A stretch of 64,000 nucleotides of DNA from Acidobacteria bacterium RIFCSPLOWO2_12_FULL_66_21. GTDB taxonomy: Bacteria > Acidobacteriota > Vicinamibacteria > Vicinamibacterales > 2-12-FULL-66-21. Positions 8,459 through 18,415 of this stretch are shown piece after piece; positions within the stretch are counted from its first letter, which is position 1; every line of letters starts with the position of its first letter. The notes beneath the pieces were generated by a model. That model was not told the DNA's origin, searched no databases, and was given only the letters and a program-made list of their open reading frames with translations. Location of the stretch: contig MELC01000005.1 of assembly GCA_001767455.1 (NCBI GenBank), forward strand, positions 4,139-68,138, in the 5' to 3' direction. Made by a program: the position numbers and the translations under genes.

Positions 8459-8640
8459 CATTGTGAGTTGTGGATTGTCAGCAACAGGCTCAAATCGTCC
8501 ATACGGACGACTCCGGCATTGGAGTGAAATTGTGAGTTGCGAGTTGTGAATTGTCAGCAACAGGCCCGAATCGTCCATCCGGACGACTCCGGCATGCCGC
8601 CTCTCAATTTTCAATTCGGAATTCACAATTTCTGCCGTGC
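8459..8640. repeat. Intergenic repeat block: two 46-bp direct repeats (8474-8519, 8550-8595) plus GAGTTGY/GAATTGT heptamers and an inverted partner
   Basis: attgtcagcaacaggcYcRaatcgtccatMcggacgactccggcat occurs twice, 76 bp apart, with 3 mismatches. Each copy holds a TCGTCC-n4-GGACGA hairpin. gagttgtgaattg (about 8541) is complementary to caattcggaattcacaat (about 8611). Confidence 0.85.
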
Positions 8641-8648
8641 GTGTTCCG

Positions 8649-8658
8649 TGGTAAGTAT
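8649..8658 (+). promoter_or_regulatory. Extended -10-like box TGGTAAGTAT, 6 nt before GTG 8664
   Basis: It has the same TGGTA..T-CYCCC-GTG layout as the boxes at 5791, 11492 and 13799. Confidence 0.45.
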
Positions 8659-8663
8659 CTCCC

Positions 8664-9257
8664 GTGGACATCCTGACGACGCTCGGCCGGACGATGGGGT
8701 TCTCGTTCGCCGCGGGCATCAACCTGTACGCGACCGTGGCGATTCTGGGCCTCGCCAGCCGCTACCAGTGGGTCAGCCTGCCGCCGCAGTTCCAGGTGTT
8801 CGACAACGACGTGGTCATTGCCGCGGCCATCGTTCTGTACATCGTCGAGTTCATTGCGGACAAGGTGCCGTGGTTCGACACGCTGTGGGATGCCGTGCAC
8901 ACGGTCATCCGGCCCGTGGGCGGGGCCATCATCGCGGTGACGACGCTCGGCGACGCGAGTCCGGCGATGCAGGGACTGGCGGCGCTGCTGGGAGGGACGC
9001 TGGCGGCCGGCACGCACTTCACGAAAGCGGGCACTCGCGCCGCCGCCAACACGAGCCCCGAGCCGTTCTCCAACTGGATCCTCAGTCTCGGGGAGGACGT
9101 CTTGGTGGTCGGCCTGGGCGCGCTCGCGCTGAAGTATCCGATAGCCGCCGCCGTCGTCGTCACGGCATGCTTCGTGGCGATCGTGGTGTTCGCATCGTGG
9201 ATCGTGCGCGCGCTGAGGCGCAGATTCGGCCGCCGCGCGCCGTCACCCGCCCGTTGA
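8664..9257 (+). CDS. DUF4126-family integral membrane protein
   Basis: 197-aa hydrophobic ORF with a GTG start. FAAGINLYATVAILGL...VLYIVEFIADKVPWFDTLWDAVHTVIRP resembles the DUF4126 signature. Confidence 0.7.
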   Translation: MDILTTLGRTMGFSFAAGINLYATVAILGLASRYQWVSLPPQFQVFDNDVVIAAAIVLYIVEFIADKVPWFDTLWDAVHTVIRPVGGAIIAVTTLGDASPAMQGLAALLGGTLAAGTHFTKAGTRAAANTSPEPFSNWILSLGEDVLVVGLGALALKYPIAAAVVVTACFVAIVVFASWIVRALRRRFGRRAPSPAR

Positions 9258-9458
9258 GAACGTCAGCGACCACGGCGCCACGAACACCGGCCTGGCGGTC
9301 CCTTCGAGCTCGGTCCACGCGCCTGTGTTCTTGAAGCCCTGGCGGATCGCGACGTCCTTGCCGTTGTAGAAGAGCGCCGAGGTGACGAGCGCATCGACGG
9401 TGGTCGCCATGCGGCCCGGGGCCTGCGCGGCGGCTGATGCCGCCACGCAGATCACCAC
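9243..9458 (-). CDS. Small hypothetical secreted protein (about 71 aa)
   Basis: Codons are GC3-rich. It has a short hydrophobic N-terminus (VVICVAASAAAQAP) followed by non-repetitive sequence (ALFYNGKDVAIRQGFKNTGAWTELEGTARPVFVAPW). The start is set to GTG 9458 to avoid overlap with the OPT gene. There is no recognisable family. Confidence 0.4.
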   Translation of the reverse strand: MVICVAASAAAQAPGRMATTVDALVTSALFYNGKDVAIRQGFKNTGAWTELEGTARPVFVAPWSLTFSTGG

Positions 9459-9477
9459 GAGCGCGCCCGCCGCGCGT

Positions 9478-11439
<1,962 letters not shown>

Positions 11440-11448
11440 ATGGCCGAG

Positions 11449-11454
11449 ATATTA
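11449..11454 (-). promoter_or_regulatory. -10 box TAATAT, 9 nt before the OPT transporter ATG (11439)
   Basis: The reverse strand reads gcTAATATctcggccatATG. No Shine-Dalgarno is present. Confidence 0.5.
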
Positions 11455-11491
11455 GCAGACCGCGACCGGAACGGAACGGGCGTCGCCCCTC

Positions 11492-11500
11492 TGGTACAAT
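11492..11500 (+). promoter_or_regulatory. Extended -10 promoter TGGTACAAT, 9 nt before rex GTG 11510
   Basis: tggtacaatcccgagcttGTG is almost identical in layout to tggtataatcccgacgttcGTG at 5791. Confidence 0.6.
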
Positions 11501-11509
11501 CCCGAGCTT

Positions 11510-12181
11510 GTGAAGCCGCCGAACAAGGGGGGCAGGGGCGGGCCCGACCCGGTTTCCGAGCTGACGACCAACCGCCTTTCGATCTACCTGCGGGCGCTCG
11601 CCGCGCTCGACAAAGCCGGAGTGCGGGCCGTGTCCTCGCAGGCGCTGGCCGACCAGTTCCACCTGAACGCCGCGCAAATCCGCAAGGACCTGGCGCAGTT
11701 CGGCGAATTCGGGGTCCGTGGCGTCGGCTATGTCGTCACGGACCTGCTGCGGCATCTCCGCGAGATCCTCGGCCTGGATCGGCAGCTGCCCGTGGCCGTC
11801 ATCGGCGCCGGCAACCTCGGGCTCGCGCTCGCCGACTATTCCGGTTTCCGCATCGAAGGTTTCGACGTCGTCGCGCTCTTCGATGTCGCGAAACACAAGA
11901 TCGGCCGACGGTCGCGCGCCGGGGTGACGATTCACGATATCCGGCATTTCCCGCGGCTGGCGAAGCGGCTCGGCATCCGCATCGCCGTCCTCGCTGTTCC
12001 CCACGCTCAGGCGCAGCGGGTGGCAGACGCCGTCGTCGGAGCGGGAATCAAGGCAATCCTCAGCTTCTCGCCCGGCGGCGTGGAGGTGCCGGGGGGCGTC
12101 AAGGTCAAGCGGGTGGATCTGACGGTGTCGCTCGAGAGCCTGTCGTACTATCTGGCCCAAGGAGACGGTCATGAGAGCTGA
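11510..12181 (+). CDS. rex: Redox-sensing transcriptional repressor Rex
   Basis: Winged-helix region LSIYLRALAALDKAGVRAVSSQALADQFHLNAAQIRKDLAQFGEFGVRGVGY, followed by the Rossmann motif VAVIGAGNLGLALADY. Confidence 0.9.
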   Translation: MKPPNKGGRGGPDPVSELTTNRLSIYLRALAALDKAGVRAVSSQALADQFHLNAAQIRKDLAQFGEFGVRGVGYVVTDLLRHLREILGLDRQLPVAVIGAGNLGLALADYSGFRIEGFDVVALFDVAKHKIGRRSRAGVTIHDIRHFPRLAKRLGIRIAVLAVPHAQAQRVADAVVGAGIKAILSFSPGGVEVPGGVKVKRVDLTVSLESLSYYLAQGDGHES

Positions 12182-12653
12182 GCGGCCGCGTCTGTCCCAC
12201 GTCGGAAGCCGCGGCGAGGTCCGGATGGTGGATGTGGGGGGGAAGGCGGTCACGACGCGCGAGGCGGTCGCGCGCGGCCGCATCACGATGTCGCGCGAGG
12301 CGCTCGGGCAGATCCGCGGCGGCGACGTGAAGAAAGGCGATCCGCTGCAGACCGCACGGATTGCGGGGATCATGGCGGCCAAGCGTACGTCGGAGATGAT
12401 TCCTCTCTGCCATCCGCTGCCGCTTTCCCATGCGGAGGTGACGCTTCGCGCGCGGCGCGACGGGTACGAGATAGAAGCGCGCGTGAAGACGGCGGCGCAG
12501 ACCGGCGTGGAGATGGAGGCGTTGAGCGCGGTGGCCGTGGCCGCCCTGACGATCTACGACATGATCAAAGCGGTCGACAGGACGATGGTGATCGGCGACA
12601 TCCGGCTCGTCGAGAAGCGCGGCGGGCGCAGCGGCCATTACAAGGCACGCTAG
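12171..12653 (+). CDS. moaC: Cyclic pyranopterin monophosphate synthase MoaC
   Basis: 160-aa ORF with LSHV...GEVRMVDVGGK, TARIAGIMAAKRTSEMIPLCHPLPL and ALTIYDMIKAVD motifs. It overlaps the rex stop by 11 nt. Confidence 0.92.
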   Translation: MRAERPRLSHVGSRGEVRMVDVGGKAVTTREAVARGRITMSREALGQIRGGDVKKGDPLQTARIAGIMAAKRTSEMIPLCHPLPLSHAEVTLRARRDGYEIEARVKTAAQTGVEMEALSAVAVAALTIYDMIKAVDRTMVIGDIRLVEKRGGRSGHYKAR

Positions 12654-12657
12654 CGCC

Positions 12658-13647
12658 ATGGGACTGACCATCCTCGTCGCGATCCACAGCCGGTTCGCGT
12701 TGTGGAATGTCCCCCTCGCCGAAGTCGAACGGCTCCGGCGCGAGTTCCCCGCGCACACCTGGCTCCACGCGCTCAGCGACGAGCAGGCGCTCGACCTGAT
12801 CCCCGCGGCGGACGTCGCGTTCACGTCGGAGCTGCGCCCGGCGCAGTTCGAGCGGGCCGCGCGACTGAAGTGGGTCCACAGCGCCGCGGCCGGCGTCGGC
12901 TCGATGCTGTTTCCGGCGATGGTCGATTCGCCGGCCGTCATGACGAACTCGCGCGGGATCAGCGCCGACACGATTGCCGAGCACGTGCTCGCCGTGACGC
13001 TTGCGATGTTCCGGAAGCTGCCGCTGGCGATGCGGAGCCAGATGTCGAGGTACTGGGCCCAGGACGATGCGTTGAAAGCTCCGGCGATCCGGAGGATCGC
13101 GGGAGCGCGCGTGCTCGTGATCGGGCTGGGCGCGATTGGCGGTGCGACGGCGTGGCGGATGGCGGCGTTGGGCGCCGAGGTTACCGGCATCCGCCGCGAC
13201 GTGTCGCGCCCCTTGCCGGAAGGGGTGACGCGCACGGAACCGCCCGACCGGCTTTGCGCGGCGCTGCCGGACGCCGAGGTCGTCGTCGTTGCCGCGCCGC
13301 TGACGCCCCGGACGCGCCACATGATTGGCGCGCGCGAGCTCGCGGCCATGCGGCCTGGCGCTCTCCTCGTGAACGTCAGCCGCGGCAAGCTGGTCGACGA
13401 AGGAGCCCTCGTTGCCGCCCTTGTCGCCGGAAAGATCGGCGGCGCCGCGCTGGATGTGTTCGAGCACGAGCCGCTGTCGACGGACAGCCCGCTCTGGACG
13501 CTGCCGGACGTACTGATTACACCGCACATGTCGGGGTTCCGCCCCGATCATTGGCGCGCGGTCACAGACCTGTTCATGGACAACCTGCGCAGGTACGAGC
13601 GGAAGGAGGCGTTGCGCAACGTCGTCGACAAGCAAGCTGGATACTGA
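12658..13647 (+). CDS. D-isomer-specific 2-hydroxyacid dehydrogenase family protein
   Basis: 329-aa ORF. NAD-binding VLVIGLGAIGGATAWRMAALGAEV, catalytic-region LVNVSRGKLVDEGAL...ALDVFEHEPL and ITPHMSG. Confidence 0.85.
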   Translation: MGLTILVAIHSRFALWNVPLAEVERLRREFPAHTWLHALSDEQALDLIPAADVAFTSELRPAQFERAARLKWVHSAAAGVGSMLFPAMVDSPAVMTNSRGISADTIAEHVLAVTLAMFRKLPLAMRSQMSRYWAQDDALKAPAIRRIAGARVLVIGLGAIGGATAWRMAALGAEVTGIRRDVSRPLPEGVTRTEPPDRLCAALPDAEVVVVAAPLTPRTRHMIGARELAAMRPGALLVNVSRGKLVDEGALVAALVAGKIGGAALDVFEHEPLSTDSPLWTLPDVLITPHMSGFRPDHWRAVTDLFMDNLRRYERKEALRNVVDKQAGY

Positions 13648-13653
13648 AAGAGT

Positions 13654-13795
13654 TTCCAGTTCCCGGCTTCCAGCTTCCAGCTTCCAGCTCCCGGCTTCCA
13701 GCTTCCAGCTCCCAGCTTCCAGCTTCCAGCTTCCAGCTTCCAGCGATGGCCGTGAACGACGATGCTGGGAGCTGGAAACGGGCAACTGGAAGCTG
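13654..13795. repeat. CCAGCTT heptamer array (~13 units) with a short complementary arm
   Basis: A tandem CCAGCTT/CCGGCTT/CCAGCTC run spans 13654-13744. The arm gctgggagctggaaacgggcaactggaagctg (13764-13795) can fold back on it. The block lies between the dehydrogenase stop and the fadD promoter. Confidence 0.9.
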
Positions 13796-13798
13796 CAA

Positions 13799-13804
13799 TA
13801 CAAT
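13799..13804 (+). promoter_or_regulatory. -10 box TACAAT, 6 nt before fadD GTG 13811 (leaderless spacing)
   Basis: tacaatcctcccGTG. The box lies immediately after the CCAGCTT array hairpin. Confidence 0.55.
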
Positions 13805-13810
13805 CCTCCC

Positions 13811-15625
13811 GTGTCACCCACCCCCGAGCCCGACATCACCACGATTGCGGATCTGCCGTTCCACGCCATGGGGCGGTTTCCGGGCGCGGTCGCGCTGGGG
13901 CGGTGCCGGGGCGACCAGATCGACCCGATGTCGAGCCAGGAGTTCTTCGAGCGGATCCGCGATCTGTCGCTCGGGTTCAGCGCCCTCGGCATGACGGCGG
14001 GGGACCGCGTGGCGATCGTGTCGGAGAGCCGGCCCGAGTGGCTGCTGAGCGACCTGGCAGTCATGACGGGCGGCGGCGTCACGGTCCCGATCTATCCGAC
14101 GCTGTCCTCGACGCAGGCTCGCTACATCCTCCAGGACTCGGGCGCGCGGCTGGCGGTCGTGTCCACGCGGTTGCAGCTCGAGAAGCTTCAGGAGATTCGA
14201 CATCACCTGCCGGCGCTCGAGGCGATCGCCGTGATGGATCCGGCGGCGGCGCACGCCTCGGTCGTGTCGCTCGAGGACGTCCAGCAGCGAGGCCATGCGC
14301 GCATGGTCGCGGAATGGGGCGCCGCCCGCGAGTTTCGCGATCGATCTCGCGCGATCGCGCCGGGCGACCTCGCCACCATCATCTACACCTCCGGCACCAC
14401 CGGCGAGCCGAAGGGCGTGATGCTCTCGCACGGCAACCTCGTGGCGAACATGCGGGCGGCCTCGACCGTCCTCGATGTGTCGCACGAGGACGTGGCGCTG
14501 TCGTTCCTGCCGCTCAGCCATGCCTTCGAGCGCATGGTGGCGTTCGTCTATCTCATGACGGGCGTCACGATGATTTTCGCGGAGTCGTTCGACACGATCG
14601 GACGGGACATCGCGCTGGTCCGGCCGACGGTGCTCACCGGCGTGCCGCGCGTGTACGAGAAGATGCAGGCCCGCATCATGGAACGGGGGCAGGCCGGCCC
14701 ATTTGCGAAGGCCGCGCTGTTCCGGTGGGCGCTGAAGGTCGGGCTCGCGCGCGGGCGCGCCACCCTGCGCGGGAAGACTGTCGGGCCGCTCACGGCCCTT
14801 CAGGCCTCCATCGCCGACCGGCTCGTGTTCTCGAAGGTGCGCGAGGCGGTGGGAGGCCGGCTGCGGTTCGTCGTCTCGGGCAGCGCGCCGCTCGCCGACA
14901 GTGTCGCCGAGTTCTACCAGGCGATCCGCGTCCCCATCGTCGAAGGGTATGGCCTCACCGAGACGGCGCCGATCCTGACGGTCAACCCGCCGGACGCGCC
15001 GCGCGCGGGATCCGTCGGCCGCGCCGTTCCAGGCGTCGAGCTGCGCATCGCCGCCGACGGCGAGATCCTCGCCCGCGGCCCCAACATCATGAGCGGCTAC
15101 TACAACAAGCCGCAGGCCACCGCCGACGTGCTGAAGGACGGCTGGTTCCACACGGGCGACGTCGGCGCCATCGACGCCGACGGTTACCTGCGGATCACGG
15201 ATCGGAAGAAGGACATCCTGGTCACCTCCGGCGGAAAGAAGATCGCGCCGCAGCCGATCGAGTCGGTGCTGAAGCGGAGCCCGCTCGTCGCCGAAGCGAT
15301 GGTGCTCGGCGACCGCCGCAAGTTCGCCGCGGCGCTCATCGTGCCCGATTTCGCGGCGCTCGAGCGGCGGCTGAAGGATCTCGGCCGCCCGCCCGCCGCG
15401 CGGGCTGAGCTGGTGGTCCGTGCCGACGTCATCGCGCTGTATGAGGAGATCGTCGGCTCCCTCAACCGCGAACTGTCGCAGTTCGAGCGCATCAAGCGCT
15501 TCGCGCTGCTGCCGGCCGAGTTCACCGTCGATTCCGGCGAGCTCACGCCCACCATGAAGGTCAAGCGCAGGGCGGTCGAAGACCGGTGGCGCGAGCAGAT
15601 CGAGAAGATCTACGCGGATGGTTAG
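13811..15625 (+). CDS. fadD: Long-chain fatty acid--CoA ligase (AMP-dependent synthetase)
   Basis: 604-aa ORF with the AMP-binding motif IIYTSGTTGEPKGVMLSHGNL, plus EGYGLTETAP, WFHTGDVG and DRKKDILVTSGGKKIAPQPIE. Confidence 0.88.
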   Translation: MSPTPEPDITTIADLPFHAMGRFPGAVALGRCRGDQIDPMSSQEFFERIRDLSLGFSALGMTAGDRVAIVSESRPEWLLSDLAVMTGGGVTVPIYPTLSSTQARYILQDSGARLAVVSTRLQLEKLQEIRHHLPALEAIAVMDPAAAHASVVSLEDVQQRGHARMVAEWGAAREFRDRSRAIAPGDLATIIYTSGTTGEPKGVMLSHGNLVANMRAASTVLDVSHEDVALSFLPLSHAFERMVAFVYLMTGVTMIFAESFDTIGRDIALVRPTVLTGVPRVYEKMQARIMERGQAGPFAKAALFRWALKVGLARGRATLRGKTVGPLTALQASIADRLVFSKVREAVGGRLRFVVSGSAPLADSVAEFYQAIRVPIVEGYGLTETAPILTVNPPDAPRAGSVGRAVPGVELRIAADGEILARGPNIMSGYYNKPQATADVLKDGWFHTGDVGAIDADGYLRITDRKKDILVTSGGKKIAPQPIESVLKRSPLVAEAMVLGDRRKFAAALIVPDFAALERRLKDLGRPPAARAELVVRADVIALYEEIVGSLNRELSQFERIKRFALLPAEFTVDSGELTPTMKVKRRAVEDRWREQIEKIYADG

Positions 15626-15650
15626 TCGACAGCATTCACTGTCGCGCTGT

Positions 15651-15998
15651 CTTCGCCGATCACGATCTTCCGCACGAAGCCCACGAAGGTCACGAAGCTC
15701 ACGAAGACTGATCACGCTGATCGAGGAGGGCCAGCCGTCGGGTGGCGGGCGGGTCGCGCCGCGCTTCGCGCGGCGGGATACGCACCGATCCGCGTTCGCA
15801 AACACCCTTTGCTCATGTGGTGCTTGCGAACGTGGATCGGTGCGTATCCCACGACGCCGGCCGAAACGGCCGGCGCGCGACCCGATGTCAGCGGGACACC
15901 CTCGTTGGCTGGTTCTGTCTTCGTGTCCTTCGTGTCCTTGGTGTTCCTCGTGAGGTAAAGCCGTCGGCGCGTGCAGCGTGAGGGGGTACAGCGTGGAG
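15651..15998. repeat. Structured composite repeat, copy B
   Basis: The left end is cttcgccgatcacgatctt, followed by (CACGAAG)4 at 15673-15706 and a CGCCGCG-cttcg-CGCGGCG hairpin. The central hairpin has 27-nt arms 15775-15801 / 15824-15850 and a 22-nt apical region. A CGCCGGCC-gaaac-GGCCGGCG hairpin follows, then (CTTCGTG)n at 15916-15955 and the tail gccgtcggcgcgtgcagcgtga. Confidence 0.85.
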
Positions 15999-16016
15999 GC
16001 GTGCGGCCTTCGAGTG

Positions 16017-16952
16017 CTAGGCGGCGGGCGGCGGCTCGATGTGGATGATGGCGTCGGCGATCTGGGGATAGTGCGCCATCAGGCGATCCTTGACGACATG
16101 CGACAGGCGGTGCGCCTCGTAGAGCGGCATGTTCGGCGGCAGCCACACATGCAGGTCCAGGAACGTGTGGTCCGCTGAACCGCGCGACCGGATGTGGTGA
16201 CAGCCGCTCACCTCGGGGATCTCCATGACGACGCGGCGGATGTCGTCTTCCGCGATCACGACGCGGTCGGCGAGCACGCGCGAGGTGTCGCGGCCGATCT
16301 CCCAGCCCGTCCGCGCGATGAAGACCGCAATCACGAGCCCGCCCACCGAATCGAGGATCGGGTAGCCGAACCACACCGCCGCGAGCGAGACCAGCACGGC
16401 GCACGACGTGAACACATCGCTCTTCGTGTGCATCGCGTCGGCGAGCAGCAGCTCGCTGCTGAGCGCGTGCCCCGCGCGGCTCTCGTACCGCACGACGAGC
16501 AAGTTCACGACGAGCGTCGCGATCATCACGCCAAAGCTCAGGGAGGTGACCTGCGGCGCCGCGCCTCCACCCAGCCGGTTCAACGCGGCGCGAACGACCT
16601 CCAGCACCACGAACAACAGGAAGATGAAGATGCCGCCGGCCGCGAGCGTCTCGTACTTGCGGTGGCCGTAGGGGTGGTCCTGGTCTGGCGGCTTCAGCGA
16701 GGCGCGCAGCCCCACCATGCCCATGATGTTCGACGCCGAATCGGTGAGCGAGTGGAACCCGTCGGAAATGACGCTGACCGCGCCGGTCGCGTAACCCAGG
16801 ACGAGTTTCGCCCCGGCCACGGCCAGGTTGAGGAAGAGAACGCGAAGCAGGACGCGGGAGACCGCGCCATAACGATCGGTCACGGGAACATGGACGTGGA
16901 ACCCGGGCGCGCCGGCGGTCCCTAGAACACGCTGGCGTGCGTCAGCGGCCAC
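16017..16952 (-). CDS. Cation diffusion facilitator (CDF) family metal efflux transporter
   Basis: 311-aa ORF with SDGFHSLTDSASN and HTKSDVFTS metal-site motifs and a C-terminal cytoplasmic domain ending HIEPP. The annotated start overlaps lepB by 31 nt, so an internal GTG start is possible. Confidence 0.82.
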   Translation of the reverse strand: MAADARQRVLGTAGAPGFHVHVPVTDRYGAVSRVLLRVLFLNLAVAGAKLVLGYATGAVSVISDGFHSLTDSASNIMGMVGLRASLKPPDQDHPYGHRKYETLAAGGIFIFLLFVVLEVVRAALNRLGGGAAPQVTSLSFGVMIATLVVNLLVVRYESRAGHALSSELLLADAMHTKSDVFTSCAVLVSLAAVWFGYPILDSVGGLVIAVFIARTGWEIGRDTSRVLADRVVIAEDDIRRVVMEIPEVSGCHHIRSRGSADHTFLDLHVWLPPNMPLYEAHRLSHVVKDRLMAHYPQIADAIIHIEPPPAA

Positions 16953-17632
16953 CAGCGCAGCTGGACCCGCCCGATGATGTACTTCTTCGGCACGTAACCC
17001 CAGTGGCGGCTGTCGGAACTGTTGTTGCGATGATCGCCCATGACGAAGTAATAGCCCTCGGGGATCACCTGCGGCCCCCAGTCCTCGTGGCTCCGGAACT
17101 CCGGCGGAACGAACGCGTCGTCCATCAGCACGTCGTTGCGATAGACCTTGCCGTCCACCACGCGCACCGTGTCGTTCTCGGCGGCAATCACGCGCTTCAC
17201 GAACGACTTCTCGGGCCGCAGCGGGTAGTACAACATCACGATGTCGCCTACCTGCGGCTCGCCAATCCGATACGCCAGCTTGTTGACGATGAGGCGGTCC
17301 TGGTCGGCCAGCGTCGGCGCCATGCTCTGGCCCTCCACGCGCGCCACCTGGAAGCCGAACGTCACGATGAGCGTGGCGTAGACGGCCGCCGAGGCCAGCG
17401 TCTTCAGCCAGGCCACGATCTCCTCGACGATCCGCTCCATCCGCAGGGAGCTCCCATCGATGGCGAGGCGCGTGTCCGGCGCCGGTGCGATGCCACCGGC
17501 GAGCGCGGGAACGGGCTCTGCCGACACCAGCGGCTCAGGCGCGTCGAGCGGCTCTATCGCCGGCGGCTCGTACATCTCCGGCGGCGTGGGCGGAGGGATG
17601 CGATATGGGTCGTAGTTGTTGTCGTCGCTCAT
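16922..17632 (-). CDS. lepB: Signal peptidase I
   Basis: 236-aa ORF with an N-terminal TM segment. It has the catalytic Ser box GQSMAPTL, the Lys box SFVKRVIA and GDHRNNSSDSRHWGYVP. Confidence 0.9.
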   Translation of the reverse strand: MSDDNNYDPYRIPPPTPPEMYEPPAIEPLDAPEPLVSAEPVPALAGGIAPAPDTRLAIDGSSLRMERIVEEIVAWLKTLASAAVYATLIVTFGFQVARVEGQSMAPTLADQDRLIVNKLAYRIGEPQVGDIVMLYYPLRPEKSFVKRVIAAENDTVRVVDGKVYRNDVLMDDAFVPPEFRSHEDWGPQVIPEGYYFVMGDHRNNSSDSRHWGYVPKKYIIGRVQLRWWPLTHASVF

Positions 17633-18411
17633 AGCCTCAGATACTCACGGAGCCGTCTGGTCTGCGACCGGCTCACCGGAATCTCGGTGCCTTTCAGATC
17701 CCGCATCTTCAATATGTAATTACGGCTGAACCAGGGGACGATTTCCTTGATTTTGTTGATATTCACCAGGTGCGAACGGTGCACCCGCCAGAATACCGCG
17801 GGATCGAGCCGCGCCTGCAATTCATCCAGTGTCCGATAGTTAGACGTCCCAGACAAGCTATTCGTTACCACTGTGATGACATCGTCATCCACCGAGGCGT
17901 GGACCATCTCGTCGGAGTGGATGAGCAGGAACCGATCGCCCACCTTGACCGCCAGTTGTTCGCGGTGCTCCTGACGCTCGGACAGGAGCTGCAGCAGCCG
18001 CTCGATTTCCTCGCGCGTGCGGGCGGGGGCGCGCTCGGGCGCCGCGCGTTTGCGCGCGCGGTCGACCGAGGTCCGCAGCCGCGCCGCGTCCACCGGCTTG
18101 AGCAGGTAATCGACCGCATTCACCTCGAAGGCCTCGACGGCGTGCTGGTCGAACGCCGTGACGAAGACGATCTGCGCGTCCGTGTCCGTCCCGAGAAGCC
18201 GCCGGGCCACTTCGAAGCCGGTCAGGCCCGGCATCTGCACGTCGAGCGTGATGAGGTCCGGCTGGATGTCCTCGATGATGCGCAGGGCTTCGATCCCATT
18301 GCCTGCCTGGCCGACGACCTCGACGCCCTCGATCTGGCCGAGCAGGAAGCAGAGCTCTTCCCGCGCGAGCTGCTCGTCGTCGACGACGATGATGCGAAGC
18401 GTGCCGGGCAC
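17629..18411 (-). CDS. LytTR-family two-component response regulator
   Basis: REC domain (IIVVDDEQLAREEL...DLITLDVQMPGLTG) plus a C-terminal LytTR DNA-binding domain (FWRVHRSHLVNINKIKEI). There is a 4-nt overlap with lepB. Confidence 0.88.
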   Translation of the reverse strand: MPGTLRIIVVDDEQLAREELCFLLGQIEGVEVVGQAGNGIEALRIIEDIQPDLITLDVQMPGLTGFEVARRLLGTDTDAQIVFVTAFDQHAVEAFEVNAVDYLLKPVDAARLRTSVDRARKRAAPERAPARTREEIERLLQLLSERQEHREQLAVKVGDRFLLIHSDEMVHASVDDDVITVVTNSLSGTSNYRTLDELQARLDPAVFWRVHRSHLVNINKIKEIVPWFSRNYILKMRDLKGTEIPVSRSQTRRLREYLRL

Positions 18412-18415
18412 TGGC

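Noticed and set aside
11505-11527. Possible Rex operator (TTGTGAA...) overlapping the rex start
   Set aside because: Only one half-site (TTGTGAA) is present. The expected inverted half (TTCACAA) is missing, and the local palindrome is just 5 bp. Similarly, TTGTGAA and TTCACAA at about 8544 and 8622 are about 70 bp apart and belong to the repeat hairpin.
13548-13817. Small ORFs encoding WKLEAGSWKLEAGS-type peptides (also 20228..21154, 27590..27925, 49039..49590)
   Set aside because: These are translations of heptamer arrays, so the periodic 7-nt repeat gives 7-aa periodic peptides in every frame. They have no start context or coding signal and lie in intergenic positions.
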